From the NCBI GenBank assembly GCA_964611205.1, contig CAZSZB010000004.1, positions 12,121 to 76,120 of the forward strand: a stretch of 64,000 nucleotides of DNA, read 5' to 3'. Every line of letters starts with the position of its first letter. Within the stretch, counting starts at the first letter, position 1. Shown here in pieces: positions 28,897 through 37,259 of this stretch. The notes under the pieces were generated by a model. The model made no database searches. It saw only the letters and a list, made by a program, of their open reading frames with translations, and was not told the DNA's origin. The position numbers and the translations under genes were made by a program. The stretch is from an uncultured Candidatus Saccharibacteria bacterium (GTDB taxonomy: Bacteria > Patescibacteriota > Minisyncoccia > Phycocordibacterales > UBA918).

Positions 28897-29566
28897 GTGA
28901 TAATGAAAACCCTCCCCCACACCATCATAAAAATCTCCATCATCCTCGGCATCGTCACGGTCGCTTTCGCCGTCAACTACATCCAAGCTGCCTGGTCTGC
29001 CCCACAGAACAACCCACCAGATGGCAACACCCCAGCTCCCATCAACGCTGGTACTGAAGCCCAAGTGAAAGAAGGAGCTTTGTCGGTGGATGGGTTAACT
29101 TCGTATGCCAATAACAACATTTTTGTTGGTGCAGGAGGTCAACAATTCTCTATCAAGCCAGGGTTTAAGGGTGGGGTGGAGACTGGAGGGTATGTGACTT
29201 TAGACCCGTCAGGGACAAGTAGTTCTCTTTATGTTCCTGATAATTTGGGGGTGGGAGGGCAGGTGAGAGCCGGTCAGTATTGTAATGAAGATGGTATCGT
29301 GTATTGATGGAGGGAGTGTTATAGGTACACTGTCGACTCATAATTTTACCATAAGGGGTTACGATGGTGAAAGTCAGTCTATGAATGTGGGGGAATATAG
29401 CTTCTGTGCTTTAACACGTGTTGAAATTTTTGATGATGGTGGGGCACGAGGGTGGCCAACGGAAGGATGTTATTTAAGTCGCTCCGGAAATAACTGGACA
29501 ATGACGGCAACTAATAATTACGGAGGATCGCCGGATATTACGAGATGTGAAGCCACTTGTTTTTAA
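28897..29566 (+). pseudogene. Paralog E of the island family, split by a frameshift near 29293-29295
   Basis: The N-terminal module plus ..GGQVRAGQYCNEDG then shifts frame; the next frame reads ..VSCIDGGS.., homologous to NCLTGGG of paralog D. Confidence 0.55.
28900..29100 (+). repeat. Copy 5 of the 5' module
   Basis: Near-identical DNA. Confidence 0.8.
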
Positions 29567-29646
29567 AGCAACTAATTTTTCAAATACACAAAAATTAGAA
29601 AATATACATATATTTAGGATTTTGTTCTATGAGATAAATTGATAGC

Positions 29647-29675
29647 TTGCAAAATGTGTGCATATTCTGTAATAT
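29647..29675 (+). promoter_or_regulatory. Candidate sigma70 promoter for tuf
   Basis: -35 TTGCAA, a 17-bp spacer, -10 TAATAT, about 180 nt upstream of the tuf ATG. Confidence 0.45.
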
Positions 29676-29858
29676 TGCGGACACTGCATACGGCCTTCGG
29701 TCGTGGTAGGGCAATCATAATCGCTCTTTCACACTTTTGAGTGTGCTTTGGTAACGTACTGTTCTCGTGCCGTTTCCATAACACATTCAGCCGAGGTTTT
29801 TATATTTAAAACCCAGCCGTGTGCGGTTGCATTTATAAAAATTAATCTAACTAATTTT

Positions 29859-31049
29859 ATGTCAGATTTTGATCGTTCAAAGCCGCACGTAAACGTTGGA
29901 ACTATTGGTCACGTTGACCATGGTAAAACAACTCTTACGGCTGCGATTCTAACTACCCTAAAAGCTCACGAGAGCGAGGGTTACAGTGCTAACGTTAAAG
30001 ACGTTGGTGATATTGATAAAGCCCCAGAAGAAAAGGCTCGTGGTATTACTATTTCTCTTTCTCACTCTGAGTACGAGACTCCTAATCGTCACTACGCGCA
30101 CATTGATGCTCCTGGTCACGCCGACTACATTAAGAACATGATTACTGGTGCCGCCCAGATGGATGGTGCTGTACTTGTAGTAGCTGCTACTGATGGTGCT
30201 ATGCCACAAACTCGTGAGCACGTACTATTGGCCAAGCAAGTTGGTGTACCTAGTATCATTGTTTTCCTAAACAAATGTGATCTAGTTGATGATGAAGAGA
30301 TGCTCATGCTAGTAGAAGAAGAGCTTCGTGAACTTCTAACTGCTAACAAATTTGACGGAGAAAATGCTCCGATCATACATGGTTCTGCTCTAAAGGCTTT
30401 AGAGGGAGATGCCGAATACCAAGCTAAAATTATTGAATTGGCTAATGCGATGGATTCATTCTTCCCAGAACCAGTTCGTGAGCTTGATAAACCTTTCCTA
30501 ATGCCAGTAGAAGACATCTTCTCTATTGAAGGACGCGGTACAGTAGTAACTGGTCGTGTAGAGCGAGGTAAGGTTAAGGTAGGAGAAGAAATCGAAATTG
30601 TTGGAATCAAGAATACTGTTGTCACAACTGTGACTGGTGTTGAGATGTTTAATAAACAACTTGATGCAGCTCAAGCTGGAGACAATGCTGGTATTTTGCT
30701 ACGAGGTACTAAAAAAGAAGATGTACACCGTGGTCAGGTTCTAGCTGCTAAAGGTTCTGTTACTCCACATACTGAATTTGAAGCCGAAGTGTACATACTT
30801 TCAAAAGATGAAGGTGGTCGTCACACTCCTTTCTTCTCAGGTTATAAGCCTCAGTTCTATATTCGTACAACTGACGTAACAGGAGACGTTACGCTAGCTG
30901 AAGGAACAGAAATGGTTATGCCAGGAGACACTGCAACTTTCAAAGTAAAGCTAGTATCTCCAGTAGCTCTAGAGGAACAACAAAGTTTTGCTATTCGTGA
31001 AGGAGGTAAGACAGTGGGAGCTGGTGTTGTAACCAAAATAGTCGCTTAA
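29859..31049 (+). CDS. tuf: Elongation factor Tu
   Basis: The protein starts [25 protein letters not shown]. The ORF-track start at 29748 is an in-frame upstream extension. Confidence 0.95.
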   Translation: MSDFDRSKPHVNVGTIGHVDHGKTTLTAAILTTLKAHESEGYSANVKDVGDIDKAPEEKARGITISLSHSEYETPNRHYAHIDAPGHADYIKNMITGAAQMDGAVLVVAATDGAMPQTREHVLLAKQVGVPSIIVFLNKCDLVDDEEMLMLVEEELRELLTANKFDGENAPIIHGSALKALEGDAEYQAKIIELANAMDSFFPEPVRELDKPFLMPVEDIFSIEGRGTVVTGRVERGKVKVGEEIEIVGIKNTVVTTVTGVEMFNKQLDAAQAGDNAGILLRGTKKEDVHRGQVLAAKGSVTPHTEFEAEVYILSKDEGGRHTPFFSGYKPQFYIRTTDVTGDVTLAEGTEMVMPGDTATFKVKLVSPVALEEQQSFAIREGGKTVGAGVVTKIVA

Positions 31050-31118
31050 GCGATTTAAACCACCTTGTCTCCCTCAAATTAACAGAGAGGAAAGATGAGG
31101 TAGTAAATTGAAAATATT

Positions 31119-31475
31119 ATGGCAACACAATCTACATCAAAAAAAGATAGCAAAGAGGCAGCTGGAGAAATCCAGAAACTACGTATCCGTGTTCGTGCTT
31201 ACGAACATAAGATATTGGACGCTTCAGTGAAACAAATCATTGATACGGCTATGCGTTTCGACGCTAAAGTGGTTGGTCCGATTCCATTACCGACAGAAAT
31301 AAAAAAATATACAGTTAACCGCTCATCATTCGTGTACAAGGATGCGCGAGAACAGTTCGAGATGCGTATGCATAAACGCGTTATCGACATCCATAGTCCA
31401 AGTGCAAAGGTGATTGAGGCATTAACTAATTTATCTCTGCCGTCTGGAGTGAACATCGATGTAAAAATGATCTAG
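31119..31475 (+). CDS. rpsJ: Ribosomal protein S10
   Basis: 118-aa S10 with an N-terminal extension. Confidence 0.9.
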   Translation: MATQSTSKKDSKEAAGEIQKLRIRVRAYEHKILDASVKQIIDTAMRFDAKVVGPIPLPTEIKKYTVNRSSFVYKDAREQFEMRMHKRVIDIHSPSAKVIEALTNLSLPSGVNIDVKMI

Positions 31476-31591
31476 AGAAGTTAACTGATATAAATTATAT
31501 TTGTTAAATAGATTATATTCTTTATTCTAATTTGGATATTAAGATAGATAATCTAGCTTTGAAAATCATTTCTTTTCTCATTGCCATATAA

Positions 31592-31627
31592 CAAAAGACC
31601 GGCGCCTTTGGCGCCGGTCTTTTGTTA
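31592..31627. terminator. Strong intrinsic terminator directly after rpsJ
   Basis: Stem GACCGGCGCC, loop ttt, stem GGCGCCGGTC, followed by TTTTGTT. Confidence 0.75.
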
Positions 31628-31697
31628 TAAACATAACCCTATAAAACCTTTCTTATTTCAAGTTATGCTAAATAAATAGACTAAAATAAAGCAAATC

Positions 31698-31910
31698 ATG
31701 AATTTTGAAAATCAACACAATCTCACCCCTGAAGATGAAGCCTTAATTAAAAAGGTTATAGAAGAAGCAGTAGAAGAAATTCCTGAAATTACTCCAGTAA
31801 AAAGATCACGACCGGCTGAATTAGGAGAAGATGACAACCAACATCCATTAAAATCAGAAGATGAGATAGAAAGGTCTTTAAATCCTCATGGTTTCGAGGA
31901 ATTAAAATAA
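31698..31910 (+). CDS. Small acidic hypothetical protein
   Basis: 70-aa ORF with no recognizable domain. Confidence 0.35.
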   Translation: MNFENQHNLTPEDEALIKKVIEEAVEEIPEITPVKRSRPAELGEDDNQHPLKSEDEIERSLNPHGFEELK

Positions 31911-31956
31911 ACTACAAAAATATTTTCAACACACAATACTCCAGTTAACTGGAGTA

Positions 31957-32274
31957 TTATTGTTCAGGTTTACGCTCGCGGCTCTTAAACACAAAGTCTT
32001 TTAAGGACTTTGTGTTTTTAAGTAATTGATAAATAGCTTCTGGTTGTTCAGTGTGGACCGATATTTTTTGGATACTTTGACCAGATATAAGGAGTTCAAA
32101 ACCGGCGTTTGTATAAACACAGGTCAAAAATCTCTTTCCAGATCCTTTTTTGCTGTTTACTTTAATTTCACCAGGAGCAATCATTTTTATGCCTGGTATT
32201 TTTTTTAATTCACGAACGACGGTCTGAGCAGTTTCAGTTAGAGTAGTATGTTCACGTCCTCGAGCTTTAGTCAT
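31957..32274 (-). CDS. Hypothetical protein
   Basis: 105 aa starting at MTKARG. The first 11 codons of the ORF-track version overlap the terminator T-run and are rejected. Confidence 0.45.
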   Translation of the reverse strand: MTKARGREHTTLTETAQTVVRELKKIPGIKMIAPGEIKVNSKKGSGKRFLTCVYTNAGFELLISGQSIQKISVHTEQPEAIYQLLKNTKSLKDFVFKSRERKPEQ

Positions 32275-32289
32275 TATGAGGAGAATAGC

Positions 32290-32320
32290 ATAAAAAGAAA
32301 AAGGCACCTAAGTGGTGCCG
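32290..32320 (-). terminator. Intrinsic terminator on the minus strand
   Basis: Stem GGCACC, loop acttag, stem GTGCC, then TTTTTCTTTTT when read on the minus strand. Confidence 0.5.
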
Positions 32321-32331
32321 AGTCCCCCTCC

Positions 32332-32535
32332 TTAGAAGCTGTCATAATCCCCCGGAGGGTATTTTCCCGTCCAGCCTTGAGTAGCCAAGGGAGGGCGGTT
32401 CGATCCGAACTGTTCCGTCTTGGCTAACCATTGAGCGAATTCGTGCCCATCAGTTTGCAGCCGTGATTCGGAGTGTTCGTTTGGACCAGGTGAAGTTCCG
32501 TCACCTTGTGGTCCATCATTGTGCATAATCAACAT
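32332..32535 (-). CDS. Small hypothetical protein in a GC-rich segment
   Basis: 67 aa starting MLIMHNDGPQGDG, with an AGGAGG ribosome-binding site 8 nt upstream. Local GC is about 55%. Confidence 0.45.
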   Translation of the reverse strand: MLIMHNDGPQGDGTSPGPNEHSESRLQTDGHEFAQWLAKTEQFGSNRPPLATQGWTGKYPPGDYDSF

Positions 32536-32593
32536 ATTTTTCACCTCCTCATTATTTGTACCACACAATAATTAACTATTTTATATTTTTGAA

Positions 32594-32640
32594 CACAAAA
32601 ACCGGTACCCCCTCATTTGGGAGTACCGGTTAGTTTTTTC
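32594..32640. terminator. Bidirectional intrinsic terminator
   Basis: AAACCGGTAC, loop cccctcatttgggA, stem GTACCGGTT, then AGTTTTTT. Confidence 0.6.
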
Positions 32641-32670
32641 TGCACGCTTCACTACCTCGTGTGACTGGCC

Positions 32671-32883
32671 TTAACCTTTGGTCAGTGCATCCAGGGTTTC
32701 TTTAGCGAGGTTGTCAAGAGATCCCTTGACCAACTTCTGAGTCAGCCGGATTTTGCACTGCTCAGTGGCACAGTACAGTTTGTAGCCCTTGGCAGAAACA
32801 TACAGAGCGCTGCCCAGGCCGTCAACTACGACTTCTCGACCGCACCCGCAAGCACACGGCACCGTGACATTTGAATGTTCCAT
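32671..32883 (-). CDS. Small zinc-ribbon protein (CxC...CxxC), GC-rich
   Basis: 70 aa starting MEHSNVTVPCACGCG, with a second Cys pair YCATEQC, and an AAGGAGA ribosome-binding site 7 nt upstream. Confidence 0.5.
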   Translation of the reverse strand: MEHSNVTVPCACGCGREVVVDGLGSALYVSAKGYKLYCATEQCKIRLTQKLVKGSLDNLAKETLDALTKG

Positions 32884-33107
32884 GATCGTCTCCTTGTTGA
32901 GTATCGTCAGTACTCTGACAAAAAAATGTAATTTTGGCAAGTTTTTGTTGACTTTGACTTTTATTTCCCGTATTATAGCCGCGTTCTAACCTCGTTATAT
33001 ATGTCCCCTGGTAGGGAGATATAAAACAACAAACCGTTACAGAAGAAGTCACAGCATTCAGCCGAATGTTGTCTTATTATTTATTCAATTAAGTTTCACT
33101 GATCTAT

Positions 33108-33440
33108 ATGTCACGATCTCTATATAAGGGACCGTACGTGGAGGAAAGAATTCTTAAGAAAATCGAAGGTAAAAAACCCGAGCAAGTAAAAGCTCCAATC
33201 AATATTTGGGCTCGCGCTTCGGTTATCTCGCCAGAGATGGTGGGGTTCACCTTCGGGGTTCATAATGGTAAAGAGCATATTGCGGTTCTCGTAACTGAAG
33301 ATATGGTCGGTCACCGTTTTGGTGAGTTTTCGCCAACTAAGAAATTCTACCGCCATGGAGGTAAGATGCAGAAAGAACTTGATCAGAAGAAGAAGGAAGC
33401 AGAAATTGCAGCTGCTAAAGCTGCTAAAGCTGCCTCTTAA
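33108..33440 (+). CDS. rpsS: Ribosomal protein S19 with a Lys/Ala-rich C-terminal extension
   Basis: The protein starts MSRSLYKGPYVE. Confidence 0.9.
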   Translation: MSRSLYKGPYVEERILKKIEGKKPEQVKAPINIWARASVISPEMVGFTFGVHNGKEHIAVLVTEDMVGHRFGEFSPTKKFYRHGGKMQKELDQKKKEAEIAAAKAAKAAS

Positions 33441-33455
33441 ACTTAACGCTTAGAT

Positions 33456-33773
33456 ATGAAAGCAGTTTTAAAAAACTACCGACAATCACCGCGTAAAGTT
33501 CGTCTTATCGCTGGTCTTGTTCGAGGGAAGAAAGTTAAAGACGCGTTAGCAACACTACAATTTGTTGAGAAGCGTGCAGCGGAACCATTTGCAAAAGTGA
33601 TCCGCTCAGCAGTTGCCAACGCAACTCAAGCTGGTGCAAATCCAGACAATCTAATTATTAAGAAAGTGGCCGTTGACAAGGGTACTGTGATTAAAAGACA
33701 CATGCCTCGAGCGCGAGGTTCTGCCTCACCGATCAACAAACGCAACAGTCACATTACCGTTGAACTCGGTTAA
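33456..33773 (+). CDS. rplV: Ribosomal protein L22
   Basis: 105-aa L22. Confidence 0.9.
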   Translation: MKAVLKNYRQSPRKVRLIAGLVRGKKVKDALATLQFVEKRAAEPFAKVIRSAVANATQAGANPDNLIIKKVAVDKGTVIKRHMPRARGSASPINKRNSHITVELG

Positions 33774-33790
33774 ATTAAGTAAGGAATTCT

Positions 33791-34504
33791 ATGACACACG
33801 TAGCACATCCATACATACAGCGACTGGGTATCAATCGTGATTGGCGCAGCCGCTGGTTTGCCGTATCGCCTAAGCAGTACCGAGAGTTTATTCGGACTGA
33901 TCATGCGATTCGTAAACTACTAGAAAAAAAGCTCAAAGGCATGTCAATTGATGCTATTGAGATTGAGCGTGATGAAAAAGCACTTCGTATCCTTATAAAA
34001 ACTGCCCGTCCTGGTCTAGTGATTGGACGTAGTGGTGAAGGAGCAACTCAACTTCGCAAAGATGTTGATCTACTTTTACGAAAATTAAAATTATCTGAAA
34101 AACCTGAAATCAAGATTGATGTTGAGGAGATTCGTTCTGTAGAAAGTAGTGCCGCAATCGTAGCTCAAATGATAGTTGAAGGACTTGAAAAAAGAATGCA
34201 ATTTCGTCGAGTTTTAAAACAGACAGTCGAAAAAGCAATGGCTAACCGTGACGTAAAAGGTGTTCGTATCATCGTGTCAGGACGACTCGGTGGCGCTGAC
34301 ATGGCTCGTCGCGAGGAGCTAAAAAAAGGTCGAATCCCACTCCAGACTCTCCGTGCAGATATTGATTTTGCTCGTGAGCGAGCCAATCTACCTTACGGTG
34401 TGATTGGTATTAAAGTTTGGATTTATCGAGGTGATGTTTTTGGTGATCGTAATACAGAAAAAAGCGATAACAAGCCAGCTCGTCACAACAGTCGTAATGC
34501 ATAA
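33791..34504 (+). CDS. rpsC: Ribosomal protein S3
   Basis: 237-aa S3 with a KH domain. Confidence 0.95.
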   Translation: MTHVAHPYIQRLGINRDWRSRWFAVSPKQYREFIRTDHAIRKLLEKKLKGMSIDAIEIERDEKALRILIKTARPGLVIGRSGEGATQLRKDVDLLLRKLKLSEKPEIKIDVEEIRSVESSAAIVAQMIVEGLEKRMQFRRVLKQTVEKAMANRDVKGVRIIVSGRLGGADMARREELKKGRIPLQTLRADIDFARERANLPYGVIGIKVWIYRGDVFGDRNTEKSDNKPARHNSRNA

Positions 34505-34514
34505 CTAGAGACTT

Positions 34515-34949
34515 ATGTTATTTCCTAAAAAGGTAAAACACCGCAAGTGGCAGGTGATGCGCAGACATCCTGATAAATTCAAACGACCAGATACACGAGG
34601 GGTAACAGTAGATTTTGGTTCTTACGGATTAAAGGCTACGACCCAATCTCGCGTCAAGTCTAATCAGATTGAAGCAGCACGACGAGTCATTAGTCGTACT
34701 ATGGGAAAATCTGGAAAAATGTGGATTCGTATTTTCCCAGACCGTCCGGCAACTAAGAAAGCTGCCGAAGTACCGATGGGTAAGGGTAAGGGTGATCCAG
34801 AGTACTTTATGTTTGAAGTTTATCCCGGTCGAATATTATTCGAAATTGAAGGTGTTCCTGAAGAGGTGGCTCGTGAAGCGCTTCGCAAGGCGACAGCTAA
34901 GCTGCCTGTAAAGGCCAAGTTTGTTCGTCGTGAGGATACCCGCGTGTAG
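34515..34949 (+). CDS. rplP: Ribosomal protein L16
   Basis: 144 aa. Confidence 0.95.
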   Translation: MLFPKKVKHRKWQVMRRHPDKFKRPDTRGVTVDFGSYGLKATTQSRVKSNQIEAARRVISRTMGKSGKMWIRIFPDRPATKKAAEVPMGKGKGDPEYFMFEVYPGRILFEIEGVPEEVAREALRKATAKLPVKAKFVRREDTRV

Positions 34950-34961
34950 TTAAGTAATTAT

Positions 34962-35174
34962 ATGAGTACATATAAAGACATTCAGAAGAAAGACGATAAA
35001 TCACTAGTAGAACTAGTTAAGGAGAAGCGAGAAGCCATTCGGTCTTTTCGGTTTAGCAATACTGGTAGCGCTACTCGTAATGTACGTCAGGTAAGAGCAG
35101 ATAAGAAAGCTATTGCCCAGGCTTTGACTGAACTTAACGCCCGTCAGAAAGACCTAGCTAACGAAACTAAATAG
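34962..35174 (+). CDS. rpmC: Ribosomal protein L29
   Basis: 70 aa. Confidence 0.85.
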   Translation: MSTYKDIQKKDDKSLVELVKEKREAIRSFRFSNTGSATRNVRQVRADKKAIAQALTELNARQKDLANETK

Positions 35175-35443
35175 TGAATATGGAAGAAAAAAACACTAAA
35201 GACGTTGCAACTACTGGTGGTCGAGTGCTGAAAGGTACTGTGGTAGCTAGTAAAATGCAGGATACTATTACTGTAGCAGTGGAACGTTACACTAAGCATC
35301 CAAAGTACAAAAAGTATATGCGTCGCACCAAAAAATTCTTAGTTCATGATGCTGGTAACACAGCACAAGTAGGGCAAAAGGTCGAGATTAAGGAAACACG
35401 CCCGATGAGTAAACGAAAACGTTTTACTCTCGTTAAAGCATAA
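35174..35443 (+). CDS. rpsQ: Ribosomal protein S17
   Basis: 89 aa. Confidence 0.9.
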   Translation: MNMEEKNTKDVATTGGRVLKGTVVASKMQDTITVAVERYTKHPKYKKYMRRTKKFLVHDAGNTAQVGQKVEIKETRPMSKRKRFTLVKA

Positions 35444-35450
35444 TAATCTT

Positions 35451-35822
35451 ATGATTCAACCACAAACAATCGTGAAGATTACAGACAACTCCGGAGGAAA
35501 AGTAGGTCGTGTTTTCAAGGTCCTTGGTGGATCTAAAAAGCGCTACGCGGAACTCGGAGAGTTGGTAATACTATCAGTACAAATTGCTGAACCACGGAAG
35601 AACGTAAAGAAAAAAGATGTTGTGTGTGGAGTCGTTGTGCGACAGCGTAAACCATACCGACGAAAAGATGGTTCTTATGTAAGTTTTGACGACAACGCTG
35701 TTGTCCTAATTGATAAAGAGAAAAAAGAACCAAAAGCCAACCGTGTGTTTGGTCCTATCCCACGCGAATTATCAGAAGCTGGTTTCCAGAAAATTGTATC
35801 ACTTGCTCCAGAAGTAGTTTAG
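35451..35822 (+). CDS. rplN: Ribosomal protein L14
   Basis: 123 aa. Confidence 0.95.
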   Translation: MIQPQTIVKITDNSGGKVGRVFKVLGGSKKRYAELGELVILSVQIAEPRKNVKKKDVVCGVVVRQRKPYRRKDGSYVSFDDNAVVLIDKEKKEPKANRVFGPIPRELSEAGFQKIVSLAPEVV

Positions 35823-35962
35823 TAAGTCTTATGAGTAAAACGAATTAGAACTACTTAACCCAGCCCTACTTTTGTTGCCAATATTCTGTTGATACAAAAA
35901 GTAACAAAAGTAGAGCTGGATAGGATTGTTTCTAAGCTCGTAAACTCGCTAAAAAAAATCAT

Positions 35963-36262
35963 ATGAAAATCAAAAAAGGAGACACTGTGAAAATAATTGC
36001 TGGAAAGGATAAGGGTAAGACTGGTAAAGTAGAAGAAACTTTCGCTAAAATAGAAAAAGTTGTAGTAGAAGGAATCAATATTGCTACTAGACACCAGAAG
36101 AACCGCCAAACTGGATCACAGGGTCAAATAGTTGAAAAATCAATGCCGATACATGTTTCTAATGTGTCTATTATGGAAGGAAAGAAACCAGTTCGGGTTG
36201 GTTATAAGGTCGAAGATGGAAAGAAAGTAAGGGTGGCTAGGCCATCAGGTAAAAATATTTAG
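35963..36262 (+). CDS. rplX: Ribosomal protein L24
   Basis: 99 aa with a KOW motif. Confidence 0.9.
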   Translation: MKIKKGDTVKIIAGKDKGKTGKVEETFAKIEKVVVEGINIATRHQKNRQTGSQGQIVEKSMPIHVSNVSIMEGKKPVRVGYKVEDGKKVRVARPSGKNI

Positions 36263-36303
36263 GAAATTAATAAGTAATAAATTACGATTAAGATTTCTAA
36301 GTA

Positions 36304-36882
36304 TTGTCTACTCAAAAAATTATGACTACAACAATGAAAGAAAAAGTTGCCGGTTCATTTGAAGCCCTAAAAGGCGCCTTCAATTACAAAAATGTAAACC
36401 AGGCACCAAAGATTGAGAAAGTTATTGTTTCTACTGGTACTGGCAAGATTGAAGATAAGAATAGGCTCGAGCTTATTCAAGATCGTCTAGCTAGAATTAC
36501 TGGTCAGAAATGTTCACCACGGCCAGCTCGTCTTTCCATTGCTTCATTTAAATTGCGAGAAGGAGATATCGTTGGTTACCAAGTAACTTTACGAGGATCT
36601 CAGATGTATAACTTTTTAGATAAGTTAATTCACATCGCTTTACCGCAGACTCGAGATTTTCGAGGTTTGAAAGTTTCTGCAATTGATGAGATGGGTAATA
36701 TAACTCTTGGTATTAAAGAAAGTTCTATTTTTCCAGAAACTCATGATGAAGATCTAAAGGACGTATTTGGCTTAGCTGTTACTATCGTAACTACAGCCAG
36801 AAGTAGAGAAGAGGCTGAAGCTCTACTCCGATTCATTGGCTTGCCGTTGCAGAAGCCAGAAGTAGTTGAAGCTAAAGAATAA
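36304..36882 (+). CDS. rplE: Ribosomal protein L5
   Basis: 192 aa. Confidence 0.9.
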   Translation: MSTQKIMTTTMKEKVAGSFEALKGAFNYKNVNQAPKIEKVIVSTGTGKIEDKNRLELIQDRLARITGQKCSPRPARLSIASFKLREGDIVGYQVTLRGSQMYNFLDKLIHIALPQTRDFRGLKVSAIDEMGNITLGIKESSIFPETHDEDLKDVFGLAVTIVTTARSREEAEALLRFIGLPLQKPEVVEAKE

Positions 36883-36939
36883 ATAACCAAAACGTAACGG
36901 TTGAGGTAATCTATATATCGTAAATCTGCGATAAAATAC

Positions 36940-36973
36940 CAAAAGGGCGGCACCCAAGTGCCGCCCTTTTGGT
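36940..36973. terminator. Intrinsic terminator after rplE
   Basis: AAAA, stem GGGCGGCAC, loop ccaa, stem GTGCCGCCC, then TTTT. Confidence 0.65.
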
Positions 36974-37259
36974 TGTCTAGCTAATAATTCTTAGTCTTCG
37001 TATTTAGATAAATTTATTTCATAGGATTCTGGTTTTACCCTTGTATTTTCCATATTTTCACGTATAGTAGTGACCAATATAAACTCAATAGTTAGGTGTT
37101 TGGGTTTGTAGAAGACAGGCGCTACCTGGTGCTTAGTCGGATTTATAAGGTAGAAAGGTCGTGGCATCTACACGAAACCGCTACAAAATTTAATATATGA
37201 TACCGAAACGAGTGTCGTTTTAGTCACTCTGCTCGTTGTTTCATTTAATTTTTAAAAAA

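Larger units (their letters stand above)
23297..29600 (+). other. Island between fusA and tuf carrying a paralogous secreted-protein cassette family
   Basis: Five genes share a ~195-bp 5' module. The island sits inside the otherwise universal fusA-tuf junction. Confidence 0.6.

Noticed and set aside
24445-29064. Minus-strand ORFs 24445-24786, 25426-25635, 26127-26315, 28020-28232 and 28846-29064, all encoding MDVVDGESDRDD(G/A)EDDGDFY..-like peptides
   Set aside because: They are the antisense shadow of the repeated 5' module of the island paralogs (the reverse complement of ..DGNTPAPIN..). Their repetition is explained entirely by the sense-strand repeat, and they have no ribosome-binding sites.
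29748-29858. N-terminal extension of tuf in the ORF track ([14 protein letters not shown]...)
   Set aside because: The conserved EF-Tu N-terminus begins at [14 protein letters not shown] (29859). The upstream extension is an open frame with no start context and overlaps the predicted promoter and leader.
32385-32410. tRNA-like GGTTCGATCC motif at 32392
   Set aside because: The flanking bases cannot form a T-stem or an acceptor stem, and it lies inside a small protein-coding ORF.
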